64,000 nt of DNA from assembly GCA_963849945.1 (NCBI GenBank), contig CAWKJD010000003.1:302818-366817 (forward strand). The letters are read 5' to 3'. The stretch comes from an uncultured Bacteroidales bacterium (GTDB lineage: Bacteria > Bacteroidota > Bacteroidia > Bacteroidales > VadinHA17). The position numbers and the translations under genes are program-made. This document shows, in pieces, positions 33,177-41,949 of the stretch; the first letter of the stretch is position 1; the number at the start of each line of letters is the position of its first letter. Under the pieces are notes generated by a model. The model ran no database searches. It had not been told where the DNA came from and saw only the letters and a list, made by a program, of their open reading frames with translations.

Positions 33177-36100
33177 TAGGCCATTCAGCCTTCAGACCCA
33201 GAACAAGGATGTCATCCACCTGGGGTGAAGACCCCATCCAGCTTAAAAGCCGTTCTTCAAGTATCTCCTTTTGCTTGCTCATCGGGTAATCCTGAATGTC
33301 AAGGATCAGTTTCTTGAAATTCTTTTTCATGAACTTTTTGCCCGTGTTACCGTTGAACTGGTCGATATATCCGTCCGTAAAGAGGTAATATGAATAGTCC
33401 CTGTCAAGCTTCCACTCGGTCTGCTTAAATGCTTTATCCATCTTTGTGGAGATGCCAATTGGCATTTTATCTGCCATGACAGTTTCAAGGATGTACTTTC
33501 CGTTGGATAATGAACCTTCATCAGTTTCAAGGTCACCACTCTCCCACTTCAGTATCTCTTCGTACTTCATAGCCCTCACTTTGAAGCACGGAATATAAGC
33601 GCCGGCAAACTCCACCATATGGTGTTTAAAATCAACGACAATCATTGCCAGGTCTGCTCCGTCCTTCTCTTCGTCTGCCTCTCCTGTCTGTTTCAGGGAA
33701 GATACGACCTGCTTGCGCAGTTCATCAAGTATTATGCCGGGCCTGGTCAGGGCAATCTTGTTAACAATCTCATCAAGGAAAGACATGCCAAGAAGACTCA
33801 TGAATGCACCGGGAACGCCGTGGCCGGTGCAATCAGCAACAGCAACGTACAACCTGTCATTCTTCCGCTCCATCCAGTAAAAATCGCCGCTTACCTTTTC
33901 GAGAGGTTTAAAGAGAATGAAATAATTGTTTAAGGTTGCATCAGCCAGCAGCTTTTCGGAAGGCAGCAGGGCATGTTGTATACGGCTTGCATAATGAACA
34001 CTTGCATCCAGTTCCTCCTTCTGCCTGCTCAATATTGTATTCCGCTGTTTGACAAGGTTTTCCAGGCGCGTACTTTCGCTCTTCAGGCGCCATGTATAAA
34101 ATCTTATAATGGCTAAAACCGCCAGTAGACCAATCAGGGTAAATAACAAAAGGACAGGAATTGTGGCATACCAGGGTTTCCTGACTGAAAAACTATAATC
34201 AACCTCTTTGCTTTCAAGTCCCGTGAGGGTTTTGGCTATAAGCCTGAAGGTATAATGACCGAAGGGCAGGCTGGTGAAATCCCTTGAATTGCGCTTCTCC
34301 CACTTTGACCAGTCTTTTTCAAGACCGTCAAGCTTATACCTGTACTCCGTCTTTTCTTCACCTACGTATGAAGTTGTTGTCCAGGAGAAAGAAATATCAC
34401 TGTGGGAATACCTGAGAGAAGGTTGATTGTTCTCAGGCTGGACAAGGGATGGAATTCGTATACCTTCAGGTGTGGTGGTGTAAAATTGTCCGGATAAAAG
34501 AATTTCATTATTACCTGCGATGATACCTGTCAATATGGTGCTGAACGAGCCATAGCCGTAACCGAGGTTTGACTTGTCGATCACATAGATGCTCCTGCCC
34601 TTTGCCAGCCAGATATTATTAGCTATATAATCTATGTCAGATACTGATATGTCCGGGAGGAAATCGAACTGTTTCCTGAAAATGACATGACCCTCCCGGG
34701 TCGGTGTTACCAACGCTGTAAAGTAGTGTGTGTCAAAGGCGGCAACCAAGATATCACCTTCAGGAGTCTTGAATAATCTTTCAATGCTGATATTACTAAA
34801 GGTATCGCCGATAAGGTCATTATCTTTTACAAACCGGTCGTTATCACTGTCATAACGATAAATACCACTGCCTGTGCATACATAAAGCTTTTTATCTACT
34901 GTGACGATATGATTGATGGTATCGCTCTCCAGTCCTTTTGTTCGGTCATAAATGATGAAGTTTGTGTCAGAAGGAGCGCAACTGAGGCGGTACAGGGAGC
35001 ATGGACCATCAGTTTGTATCCACCAATCGCCATCACCCGACTGCTCTATTGTTTGGACGGTACCGCGGACTGAATTTCTTTTGCTTTCATGAGCCACAGT
35101 CCATTCCTCTTCTGAATTTCGCACGGTCAGTATAATGCCATGGGTTGATCCGGCAAGTATAGTGGCCGAATCATTCATGTCGGCCTTCATGGCCGATATT
35201 GATACGCCGTCAAGAAAGCTGCTGACGTATCCCTCTTTATCAAGCTGGTAAAGGCCGTTTGCAGCCGATGCTATCAGTACCCTGCCACCCTGCAGGTTAG
35301 TTGTCAGCAGGTCAGATACTCCGGCTTCAATATCCTCCAGTTTTGAAAACTGTACAATTCCGGAGTCATTGACAAAACTCCTGAAAAGGCCGGCGTCGCT
35401 TGATACAAAAACCGATCCGTCATATTCAATGATATCTCCGATGGTCGATTTTAATCCTGTTCCGCTTCCGAATTCTGAAACCGGAAGCGAGACGTATGCC
35501 CTGTTTATATAACCCATTGTACAGAACCACAGCTGGGAGTTGGAGGCATAATCACAATACATAGCCGTTACCGTGGCTTCCTGAATTCCGGTTGTTCCAA
35601 CAGAGACCTGTTGTTGCAACGTTCCGTCGTGGCTGAAAATATAAACCCCTTCACCGCCGGAAACACCAATTGCAAACCTTTTTCCGGGGATATTTACAGC
35701 ATCTGAAATATGATTTTCCTTAAGTTTATTATTTATCGCCTCAGGCAAAAAATTACTTTTCAGTTCACCTGTCACCATGTTGAACAGGTATATTCCATTT
35801 CTGGAAGTTGCCAGGATTATACTTTCCCTGTCAAAGGGAAGCAGAGCCATAAAGCGTTTAATACCCAACTTGCTGCTACCCGGGATCAATGTCAGGGTTC
35901 CCTCCCTGTACTCATACAAACCTTTTCTATCATCGGCAATGATTACCCTTCCATCCTTTACCAGTATCCTGCCCGCATCTTTCAGGTTATAATTACCGTT
36001 CATATCTATTACTGAGAGGGAATCGCTGTTCAGATCATACAGAAAAAGATTTCTCCTGTCTGTGAAGAACACTGTGCTGCTGTCAGCAGCAATTGAAGAA

Positions 36101-36501
36101 ATCATCTGCATTTCATTTCTGACCAGCGAGTCTGCAAGGCGGTCCGCGAGCGACCGGAACAGAAGTTCGCCACTGTCATCAGGTTGCAGGAAGCCGAAAT
36201 CTGTTTCACCCCCCACATAAACGATGCCCCTGTAATCTGTGGCCAGGGCATTTACCCGCTGCCGGCTTCCCATTTTTATGAGGCCCCATCTCAGACCATT
36301 GTAGGTCACAATACCCTTTGAGCTGTTGCCGAAATACATCACGCCGCAATTATCCATGGTGATGCACAGGTTCCGGGGGTCACCGGGGATATCAACCGCA
36401 TCAAACCAGCTGACAAGCGGAGCACCTTTCATGTTAACCTGTGAGTTGGCAGCAACAGAAAAGAAAAGAAAAAATAAAGCGACAATAAACCTGAACCTCA
36501 T
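33169..36501 (-). CDS. Sensor phosphatase: periplasmic two-component-regulator propeller repeats + Y_Y_Y domain + TM + PP2C/SpoIIE domain
   Basis: Signal peptide and about 700 aa of propeller repeats. YRYKLDGLEKDWSKWEKRNSRDFTSLPFGHYTFRL is the Y_Y_Y domain, and PVLLLFTLIGLLAVLAIIRFY is a TM helix. A coiled coil follows. VSGDFYW...VADCTGHGVPGAFMSLLG...TDGYIDQ is the SpoIIE domain. Confidence 0.85.
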   Translation of the reverse strand: MRFRFIVALFFLFFSVAANSQVNMKGAPLVSWFDAVDIPGDPRNLCITMDNCGVMYFGNSSKGIVTYNGLRWGLIKMGSRQRVNALATDYRGIVYVGGETDFGFLQPDDSGELLFRSLADRLADSLVRNEMQMISSIAADSSTVFFTDRRNLFLYDLNSDSLSVIDMNGNYNLKDAGRILVKDGRVIIADDRKGLYEYREGTLTLIPGSSKLGIKRFMALLPFDRESIILATSRNGIYLFNMVTGELKSNFLPEAINNKLKENHISDAVNIPGKRFAIGVSGGEGVYIFSHDGTLQQQVSVGTTGIQEATVTAMYCDYASNSQLWFCTMGYINRAYVSLPVSEFGSGTGLKSTIGDIIEYDGSVFVSSDAGLFRSFVNDSGIVQFSKLEDIEAGVSDLLTTNLQGGRVLIASAANGLYQLDKEGYVSSFLDGVSISAMKADMNDSATILAGSTHGIILTVRNSEEEWTVAHESKRNSVRGTVQTIEQSGDGDWWIQTDGPCSLYRLSCAPSDTNFIIYDRTKGLESDTINHIVTVDKKLYVCTGSGIYRYDSDNDRFVKDNDLIGDTFSNISIERLFKTPEGDILVAAFDTHYFTALVTPTREGHVIFRKQFDFLPDISVSDIDYIANNIWLAKGRSIYVIDKSNLGYGYGSFSTILTGIIAGNNEILLSGQFYTTTPEGIRIPSLVQPENNQPSLRYSHSDISFSWTTTSYVGEEKTEYRYKLDGLEKDWSKWEKRNSRDFTSLPFGHYTFRLIAKTLTGLESKEVDYSFSVRKPWYATIPVLLLFTLIGLLAVLAIIRFYTWRLKSESTRLENLVKQRNTILSRQKEELDASVHYASRIQHALLPSEKLLADATLNNYFILFKPLEKVSGDFYWMERKNDRLYVAVADCTGHGVPGAFMSLLGMSFLDEIVNKIALTRPGIILDELRKQVVSSLKQTGEADEEKDGADLAMIVVDFKHHMVEFAGAYIPCFKVRAMKYEEILKWESGDLETDEGSLSNGKYILETVMADKMPIGISTKMDKAFKQTEWKLDRDYSYYLFTDGYIDQFNGNTGKKFMKKNFKKLILDIQDYPMSKQKEILEERLLSWMGSSPQVDDILVLGLKAEWPTI

Positions 36502-36623
36502 TACCCCTCAGATTACCCAGTTTAATGAGATAAATATACGAATTCAATTTGAAAAAAAGAGCGCGCATTTTGGCATTCAATTTGAGACATATTTTAATTA
36601 TCTTGGCTTTTTTAAAGAAGGTT

Positions 36624-39600
36624 ATGAGGGTAATTCACAGGGCGGTAGTTCTGATGACTTTAGGTTCTATAGTATTGTGTCAGGTCAGGGCACAGGAACC
36701 TGCTCATGATCAGTTATTGACACAAACTGAGACAAGCGCCGGCGGATCACGGAATCCCGGGGCTCTATCTTATCGCAGCAATAATCCACTTCTTAAAAAA
36801 ATCACGGATCCTTCGGGCATTTACTGCAGACTAAGTCTTCCCGGGCATCATTACACTTCGGAAACAGGGAAACCTGAACTCCCGGTTTACAGCCGTATTG
36901 TTGAGAAGCCACAGGGTATGGAAGTCAGGGTTAAGCTCTCCGATATACGTTCAGAAAAGGTCCGCTTTGCCGATCATGGGCTGAGGGGTGCCCAGATCTA
37001 TCCTGCTCAGCCTGCGAAAACCAAAAATGAGGTTCAGGATGAAAAGGTGGTCATCAAAGATAAAAAGGTATACCAATCAGCCGGCATTTTAAATCATGAC
37101 ACTGTGGTAATCAGTCCTGTTGGCATTTTCCGCGGCCATGAGCTGGTAAACATTGCCATCTATCCAGCATTCTATGATCCTGCCGGCGGTTATGTCGACC
37201 TGATTACATCTATGAATGTCAGTATCACATACGTTCCGTCAGAAATCAAAGGCACAGGCGAGGTAATAGAAACTGAAGACAAGGGTAATTATTCATCTGA
37301 TTCTTATATCACCGGCTACACTGATCAACCGATACAAATGATCATTGTTACTGATACCCTGTTCAGCAAGGCTCTCCGGCCTCTGATAAAATGGAAAATG
37401 CTGAAAGGCATTAAATCAACGGTAATATATAAGAGAGCCGGATCTGCTGATTCGGTTTATTCGAATCTTAAGACCAGGATTTCCACTGTTTATTCTGACT
37501 TGCTGGTAAAAGGCAGTCCTCCGCAGTACCTCCTGATTGTGGGTGATCCTGCAATTGTACCTACATCAAAAGGTACCTCAAATGTCTCGGATCTTTACTA
37601 CGGTGAGCTTGACGGTGAAGGTGACTATATCCCTGAGATGTTCATAGGCAGGCTGCCTGTCACTGACACCACACAGTTGAAGGCTGTTGTAAAGAAGATC
37701 ATTGACTATGAGAGTTTTAATTATGATCCCGGTAATAATTTCTGGGCCGTTGCCCTGGCCACGGCAGGAAATGCTCCGGGTTTTGAGAACTATATGAACG
37801 GACAAGTCGGTTATATATATAATAATTACCTGAGCCAGGATACCTCGTTAAAAGCTTACCGGTGGAAATACCCTGACTCTCCCCTGAAGGACGATTCTCT
37901 GAAATTACTGTTTAACCAGGGCCTGAGCATCATTAACTACACCGGGCACGGAGAGGCTGCCGGCTTCAGTGATCCGACCTTCAAGGTGCCGGTTATCAGT
38001 GAGCTTACAAACAAAAACGAATACCCGCTTATAATTGCGAATGCATGCCGTACTGCACAGATAAATGTTTCACCCTGTCTGGGTTCTGCAGTCGTGAATG
38101 CTGCTGATAAGGGTGCAATTGGTTACATAGGATGCACAAATGATTCGTACTGGTCAGATGATTTCTTCTGGGCTGTCGGACCCGGTAATCCCGGCACTGA
38201 TGTGACCTATGAGAATACCGGTGCAGGTGCTTTTGACAGGCTCTTTCACTCTCACGGGGAATCTCCCGGAGAATGGTATTACACTATGGGACAGATCAAC
38301 TTTGCAGGTAATATGGCAGTTTCAGCAAGCACCAGCCCAAGAAAGAAGTATTACTGGGAGACATATATGCTTCTGGGAGATCCGTCACTTACTCCTGTGA
38401 TCGGAAGGCCTGAAACCTTCAATATTGAGTTGCCGGACACACTTCCTCAACTCCTTGTTAACCTTAGTTTCTTTTCTACCCCCTTTGCCTACGCGGCAAT
38501 ATCTGACTTTGACACGCTGTGGGATGCAAAGTTCGCAGGCCCCTCAGGGAGTGTATCCCTTAAGATCCCGCCTGGCGTTAAAGATTCATGTCTCCTGATC
38601 ATCACCGGACAGAATATGATTCCCTGCTTCAAAACATTGCATTTCGGAGCCGTATCCGGCGCTTACATTACGACAAAGGATATTGTATTTGATGATTCTC
38701 AGGGCAACAACAACGGCCTTCCTGATTATGGTGAAAGGATCAGACTGAAGGTAACTGTAAAGAACTACGGGCAGAAAATGTCCTCAGAGCTGGTGGCAGA
38801 CTTATCTGCCATTTCCGGACTGATAACGGTTGAAAATGGCAGTGCCCTGATCGGAGTCCTGGCTCCGGGTGCCTCATATACTATTAACAGCTTCATCTTT
38901 AATGTCTCTGATAAGGCCATTAATGGCGATTTTGCTTCATTGTTGCTGAAATTAAGCACTCCTTCGGATAATTACCTTTTCGGAATAGATATGACTCTCC
39001 TTGCACCGGACCTTAAAATAATATCCTCCGTGCATGACGATCAGATAAGCGGAAATTCCAATTTCCTTCCTGATCCGGGAGAGACGGTAAATCTGAATGT
39101 CAGGGTAAAGAACGAAGGATCATCAGCAGCCAGCGGTACAGTCTCAATCATACCCTCGGGCAATGATCTTTTGGTTCAAATCCCGGACATGGCAACAGGA
39201 ACCATTGAACCCGGCGCTGAAAAAACAGTCAGTTTTGAGGCCGCCATTTCAGAACATGCTTTTTCCGGCACCGTGATCCCCTATGATATAAACTTCGTAT
39301 GCGGAAAGTATACAGCAACAGGGAAGTGGTCGATAAGCACCGGGAAGACACGCGAAACATGGGAATTTGACAGGTTTGATGTTTTTCCATGGATCCAGGA
39401 TGTCACTTACCCCTGGACAATAAGTTCTGCAACATCATTTGAGAACATTAAGTCGGCAAGGTCAGCTGATATTCCCGATAAAACCGAGACAATCCTGTCG
39501 ATCTATGTGAATAATCCTGTCCGCGACACCGTATCGTTCTATACGCGGGTCTCATCAGAGTCCAATTATGATGAACTTATTTTCAGAATCGACAGTGTCA

Positions 39601-40358
39601 TTAACGTGAAGCTGTCCGGAGACAAACCCTGGGAGAAGGTGGCAGCTGTGCTGAACCCGGGCGTCCATTACCTGGAGTGGGTTTACAATAAGGATGTTTC
39701 CCTTTCAGAAGGTCTGGATGCTGTATTTCTTGACCAGATCACCTTCCCGGATATCTCATTCCTTCAGGCCGACCTGCGGATTGATTCTGTGTATGCACCA
39801 CAGCCGGCTGAAAACCTCACTAACGTCATTATAAAAGGCCGGGTGATCAACCTCGGAAGGACAACTCTTACAAGCTTCCCTCTGGCATACAGGATTAATA
39901 ACGGCGAACTCGTCAATGAGACCTTCTATATAAAGATCGATCCGGGGGATACGGTTGATGTATCGTTTACTCAGACCTGCAGCCTTCTCCCTGATGTCAG
40001 TTATATGATTTATATATTCAGCCGCCTGCCTGAAGACGTGTATGCAGGAAATAACTCTGCCTTCAATTCATTCATAAAGTCAGGCACCGGGCCCGAACTC
40101 ACGGAAGAAACTGTAAGGCTTATGCCAAATCCTTTCAGGGATGCTTTCACTGTAGAGCTCGATGTAAATGATGCTGATAAGGCAGATATTGAGCTTAGGG
40201 ATCTTACCGGCCGGATTGTGCAGAGATCGGTATCAGAACTTACCCCCGGAACAAACAGGATAACCGTGGATGGCAGGCAACTGGCGGGCGGAGTATATAC
40301 TTTAAGTATAAGGGTCGGGAGCAAGAGCACTACTATGAAAGTTGTTAAGAGCCGGTGA
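36624..40358 (+). CDS. Peptidase C25 (gingipain-family) cysteine peptidase with T9SS C-terminal sorting domain
   Basis: Signal peptide MRVIHRAVVLMTLGSIVLCQVRAQ. GKPELPVYSRIV is propeptide-like. The catalytic dyad context is INYTGHGEAAGF and LIIANACRTAQ. Start taken at ATG 36624; the track uses TTG at 36549. Confidence 0.85.
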   Translation: MRVIHRAVVLMTLGSIVLCQVRAQEPAHDQLLTQTETSAGGSRNPGALSYRSNNPLLKKITDPSGIYCRLSLPGHHYTSETGKPELPVYSRIVEKPQGMEVRVKLSDIRSEKVRFADHGLRGAQIYPAQPAKTKNEVQDEKVVIKDKKVYQSAGILNHDTVVISPVGIFRGHELVNIAIYPAFYDPAGGYVDLITSMNVSITYVPSEIKGTGEVIETEDKGNYSSDSYITGYTDQPIQMIIVTDTLFSKALRPLIKWKMLKGIKSTVIYKRAGSADSVYSNLKTRISTVYSDLLVKGSPPQYLLIVGDPAIVPTSKGTSNVSDLYYGELDGEGDYIPEMFIGRLPVTDTTQLKAVVKKIIDYESFNYDPGNNFWAVALATAGNAPGFENYMNGQVGYIYNNYLSQDTSLKAYRWKYPDSPLKDDSLKLLFNQGLSIINYTGHGEAAGFSDPTFKVPVISELTNKNEYPLIIANACRTAQINVSPCLGSAVVNAADKGAIGYIGCTNDSYWSDDFFWAVGPGNPGTDVTYENTGAGAFDRLFHSHGESPGEWYYTMGQINFAGNMAVSASTSPRKKYYWETYMLLGDPSLTPVIGRPETFNIELPDTLPQLLVNLSFFSTPFAYAAISDFDTLWDAKFAGPSGSVSLKIPPGVKDSCLLIITGQNMIPCFKTLHFGAVSGAYITTKDIVFDDSQGNNNGLPDYGERIRLKVTVKNYGQKMSSELVADLSAISGLITVENGSALIGVLAPGASYTINSFIFNVSDKAINGDFASLLLKLSTPSDNYLFGIDMTLLAPDLKIISSVHDDQISGNSNFLPDPGETVNLNVRVKNEGSSAASGTVSIIPSGNDLLVQIPDMATGTIEPGAEKTVSFEAAISEHAFSGTVIPYDINFVCGKYTATGKWSISTGKTRETWEFDRFDVFPWIQDVTYPWTISSATSFENIKSARSADIPDKTETILSIYVNNPVRDTVSFYTRVSSESNYDELIFRIDSVINVKLSGDKPWEKVAAVLNPGVHYLEWVYNKDVSLSEGLDAVFLDQITFPDISFLQADLRIDSVYAPQPAENLTNVIIKGRVINLGRTTLTSFPLAYRINNGELVNETFYIKIDPGDTVDVSFTQTCSLLPDVSYMIYIFSRLPEDVYAGNNSAFNSFIKSGTGPELTEETVRLMPNPFRDAFTVELDVNDADKADIELRDLTGRIVQRSVSELTPGTNRITVDGRQLAGGVYTLSIRVGSKSTTMKVVKSR
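40113..40355 (+). other. T9SS type-A C-terminal sorting domain of the C25 peptidase
   Basis: VRLMPNPFRDAFTVELDV...IELRDLTGRIVQRSV...LAGGVYTLSIRVGSKSTTMKVVK, at the extreme C-terminus. Confidence 0.8.
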
Positions 40359-40370
40359 GTCGGATGAGGC

Positions 40371-40391
40371 AATTAAGAATTAAGAATTATT
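40371..40391 (+). repeat. Period-7 mini-array AATTAAG x3
   Basis: aattaag aattaag aattatt. It starts 13 nt after the TGA of the C25 gene. Confidence 0.7.
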
Positions 40392-40409
40392 CCAATATCA
40401 AACTTTATG

Positions 40410-40487
40410 GACTTTTGACTTTAGACTTTAAGACATTACAGACTTCAGACTTTCAGACATTAGACTTTCGACTTTCAGACTTTCGAC
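40410..40487 (+). repeat. Period-7/8 GACTTTN array (~10-11 units), ending at the base before the ATG of the HD gene
   Basis: gactttt gacttta gactttaa gacattaca gacttca gactttca gacatta gactttc gactttca gactttc gac|ATG. It contains agactttaagac, the reverse complement of the 11.9-kb array unit. Confidence 0.9.
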
Positions 40488-41066
40488 ATGAAAAACCCTA
40501 CACGTGAAGACGGTTTGACTCTCTTTAAAAAATACAACAAATCAGAGAGTCTATACAGGCATGCGCTTTCAGTTGAAAGTGTGATGAGATATATGGCACG
40601 CAAGCATGGCGAAGATGAAGAGACATGGGGTGTCATTGGACTCATTCACGATCTTGATTATGAGATGTACCCCGATCAGCACTGCAAAATGACCGAAGTG
40701 ATAATGAGAGAAGAAGGATGGCCTGAAGATTATATAAGGGCAGTGATCAGTCATGGTTACGGCATCTGTTCTGACGCTGAACCTATAACGCTGCTTGAGA
40801 AGACTCTTTTTGCCATTGATGAGCTGACGGGACTGGTCACCACCAGCGCCCTGGTGAGACCGTCGAAAAGCGTGCTTGATATGGAGACACGGTCAGTGAG
40901 GAAGAAGTGGAATGACAAGAGGTTTGCGGCGGGCGTCGACCGCAGCGTCATTGAAAAAGGAGCGGCAAATCTTGGTGTTGCACTGGATGACCTTATCACC
41001 GGCACCATAATGGGAATGCGCGAGGTGGCTGAGGCGATCGGCCTAAAAGGTAACCCCTCATCATGA
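40488..41066 (+). CDS. HD-domain metal-dependent phosphohydrolase
   Basis: HALSVESVMRYMA...GLIHDLDYE carries the H..HD motif. 192 aa. Confidence 0.85.
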   Translation: MKNPTREDGLTLFKKYNKSESLYRHALSVESVMRYMARKHGEDEETWGVIGLIHDLDYEMYPDQHCKMTEVIMREEGWPEDYIRAVISHGYGICSDAEPITLLEKTLFAIDELTGLVTTSALVRPSKSVLDMETRSVRKKWNDKRFAAGVDRSVIEKGAANLGVALDDLITGTIMGMREVAEAIGLKGNPSS

Positions 41067-41067
41067 A

Positions 41068-41095
41068 ATTTGCGATTTGCGATTTGCGATTTGCG
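41068..41095 (+). repeat. Perfect heptamer array ATTTGCG x4
   Basis: atttgcg atttgcg atttgcg atttgcg. It starts 2 nt after the TGA at 41064-41066. Confidence 0.9.
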
Positions 41096-41104
41096 AATGA
41101 TGTT

Positions 41105-41125
41105 AAAATCGAAAATCGAAAATAA
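41105..41125 (+). repeat. Heptamer array AAAATCG x2-3
   Basis: aaaatcg aaaatcg aaaataa. Confidence 0.75.
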
Positions 41126-41126
41126 A

Positions 41127-41165
41127 AAAGGCGCCCCGGTTAGAAAACGAGACGCCTTTCTTTTT
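41127..41165. terminator. Putative bidirectional terminator
   Basis: aaaggcg (41127-41133) pairs with cgccttt (41153-41159). It is flanked by an A-run and tcttttt. The 19-nt loop weakens the call. Confidence 0.45.
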
Positions 41166-41173
41166 AGTAATAT

Positions 41174-41914
41174 TTACAGTTCCCTGATCTTTATATTCCT
41201 GAACCATACATCATTACCATGGTCCTGGAGGCCGATGTAGCCTTCTTTGGCAGTGTTTATGAACATCTCCCAGTCTTTGAATTTTGAGTTGGCGCACATC
41301 TTTTTCCAGTCATCGGTCCAAAGATGGAATTCAACAACATTGGCCCCGTTCTGGTTGAATACCACGGTTCCCTGGTAGCAGATTATACTGACCTTGTTCC
41401 ATTCACCGGCAGGTTTTGTATTCTGTGGTACAGCCGGTATGAGGTCATACAGTGAGCCTGCCATCCTGTTTCCGTTTACGCCAAGCTTGGCATCGGGGTG
41501 TCTTTCATTATCGAGTATCTGCATTTCGGGTGCAGACTCGTAGATAGGCACACCGGGTATTTCCTGGGCAAGGATAAAGATCCCGCTGTTTCCCCCCTGT
41601 GATATCTTCCATTCCAATGACAATTCAAAATTACCGAATTTCTTGTCGTAGATTATATCGCCGCCACTGCCGCCGGCTTCACCTGCACCTGATCCGATAC
41701 AATGAAGCGTTCCGTCAACTATATCCCATCCCTTCTCCGGGAATGCAGGCTTGTTATAGCCTCTCCACCCCTGCGTCGATGAGCCGTCAAACAGGGATGT
41801 CCAGACCTCAGTTGCTGCCTTTTTCGTTTCAGTGCTTTTCGCCTTTTTCCCTGAGCCACAGGAAACGAAAGACGCTGCAATAACAAGCACAAAAATCATT
41901 CTAATTACTTTCAT
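41174..41914 (-). CDS. DUF1080 (3-keto-disaccharide hydrolase-like, concanavalin-fold) lipoprotein
   Basis: SFVSC lipobox, W..LFDGSS..GWRGY, GNFELSLEWKIS.GGNSGIF, and the C-terminal GYIGLQDHGNDVWFRNIKIREL. These are hallmarks of DUF1080. Confidence 0.85.
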   Translation of the reverse strand: MKVIRMIFVLVIAASFVSCGSGKKAKSTETKKAATEVWTSLFDGSSTQGWRGYNKPAFPEKGWDIVDGTLHCIGSGAGEAGGSGGDIIYDKKFGNFELSLEWKISQGGNSGIFILAQEIPGVPIYESAPEMQILDNERHPDAKLGVNGNRMAGSLYDLIPAVPQNTKPAGEWNKVSIICYQGTVVFNQNGANVVEFHLWTDDWKKMCANSKFKDWEMFINTAKEGYIGLQDHGNDVWFRNIKIREL

Positions 41915-41949
41915 AGATATAGATTTTAGTTGTTTATAATAAATCTGTT

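Noticed and set aside
32529-36501. AlbA_2/Schlafen-like protein plus large neighbour as an anti-phage defence system
   Set aside because: The neighbour is a periplasmic-sensor SpoIIE phosphatase on the opposite strand. No nuclease, ATPase, TIR, Sir2 or other effector domain is present, and there are no mobile-element hallmarks nearby.
36624-40358. Calling the C25 protein the T9SS sortase PorU
   Set aside because: Size and C25+CTD architecture are compatible with PorU. However, no porV or other T9SS core gene is adjacent, and I cannot distinguish PorU from cargo gingipain-like peptidases by eye. It is kept as a generic C25 peptidase.
40410-40487. Possibility that the tandem arrays are CRISPR arrays
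   Set aside because: Units are 7-8 nt with no unique spacers, and no cas genes are in the window. This does not fit CRISPR architecture.
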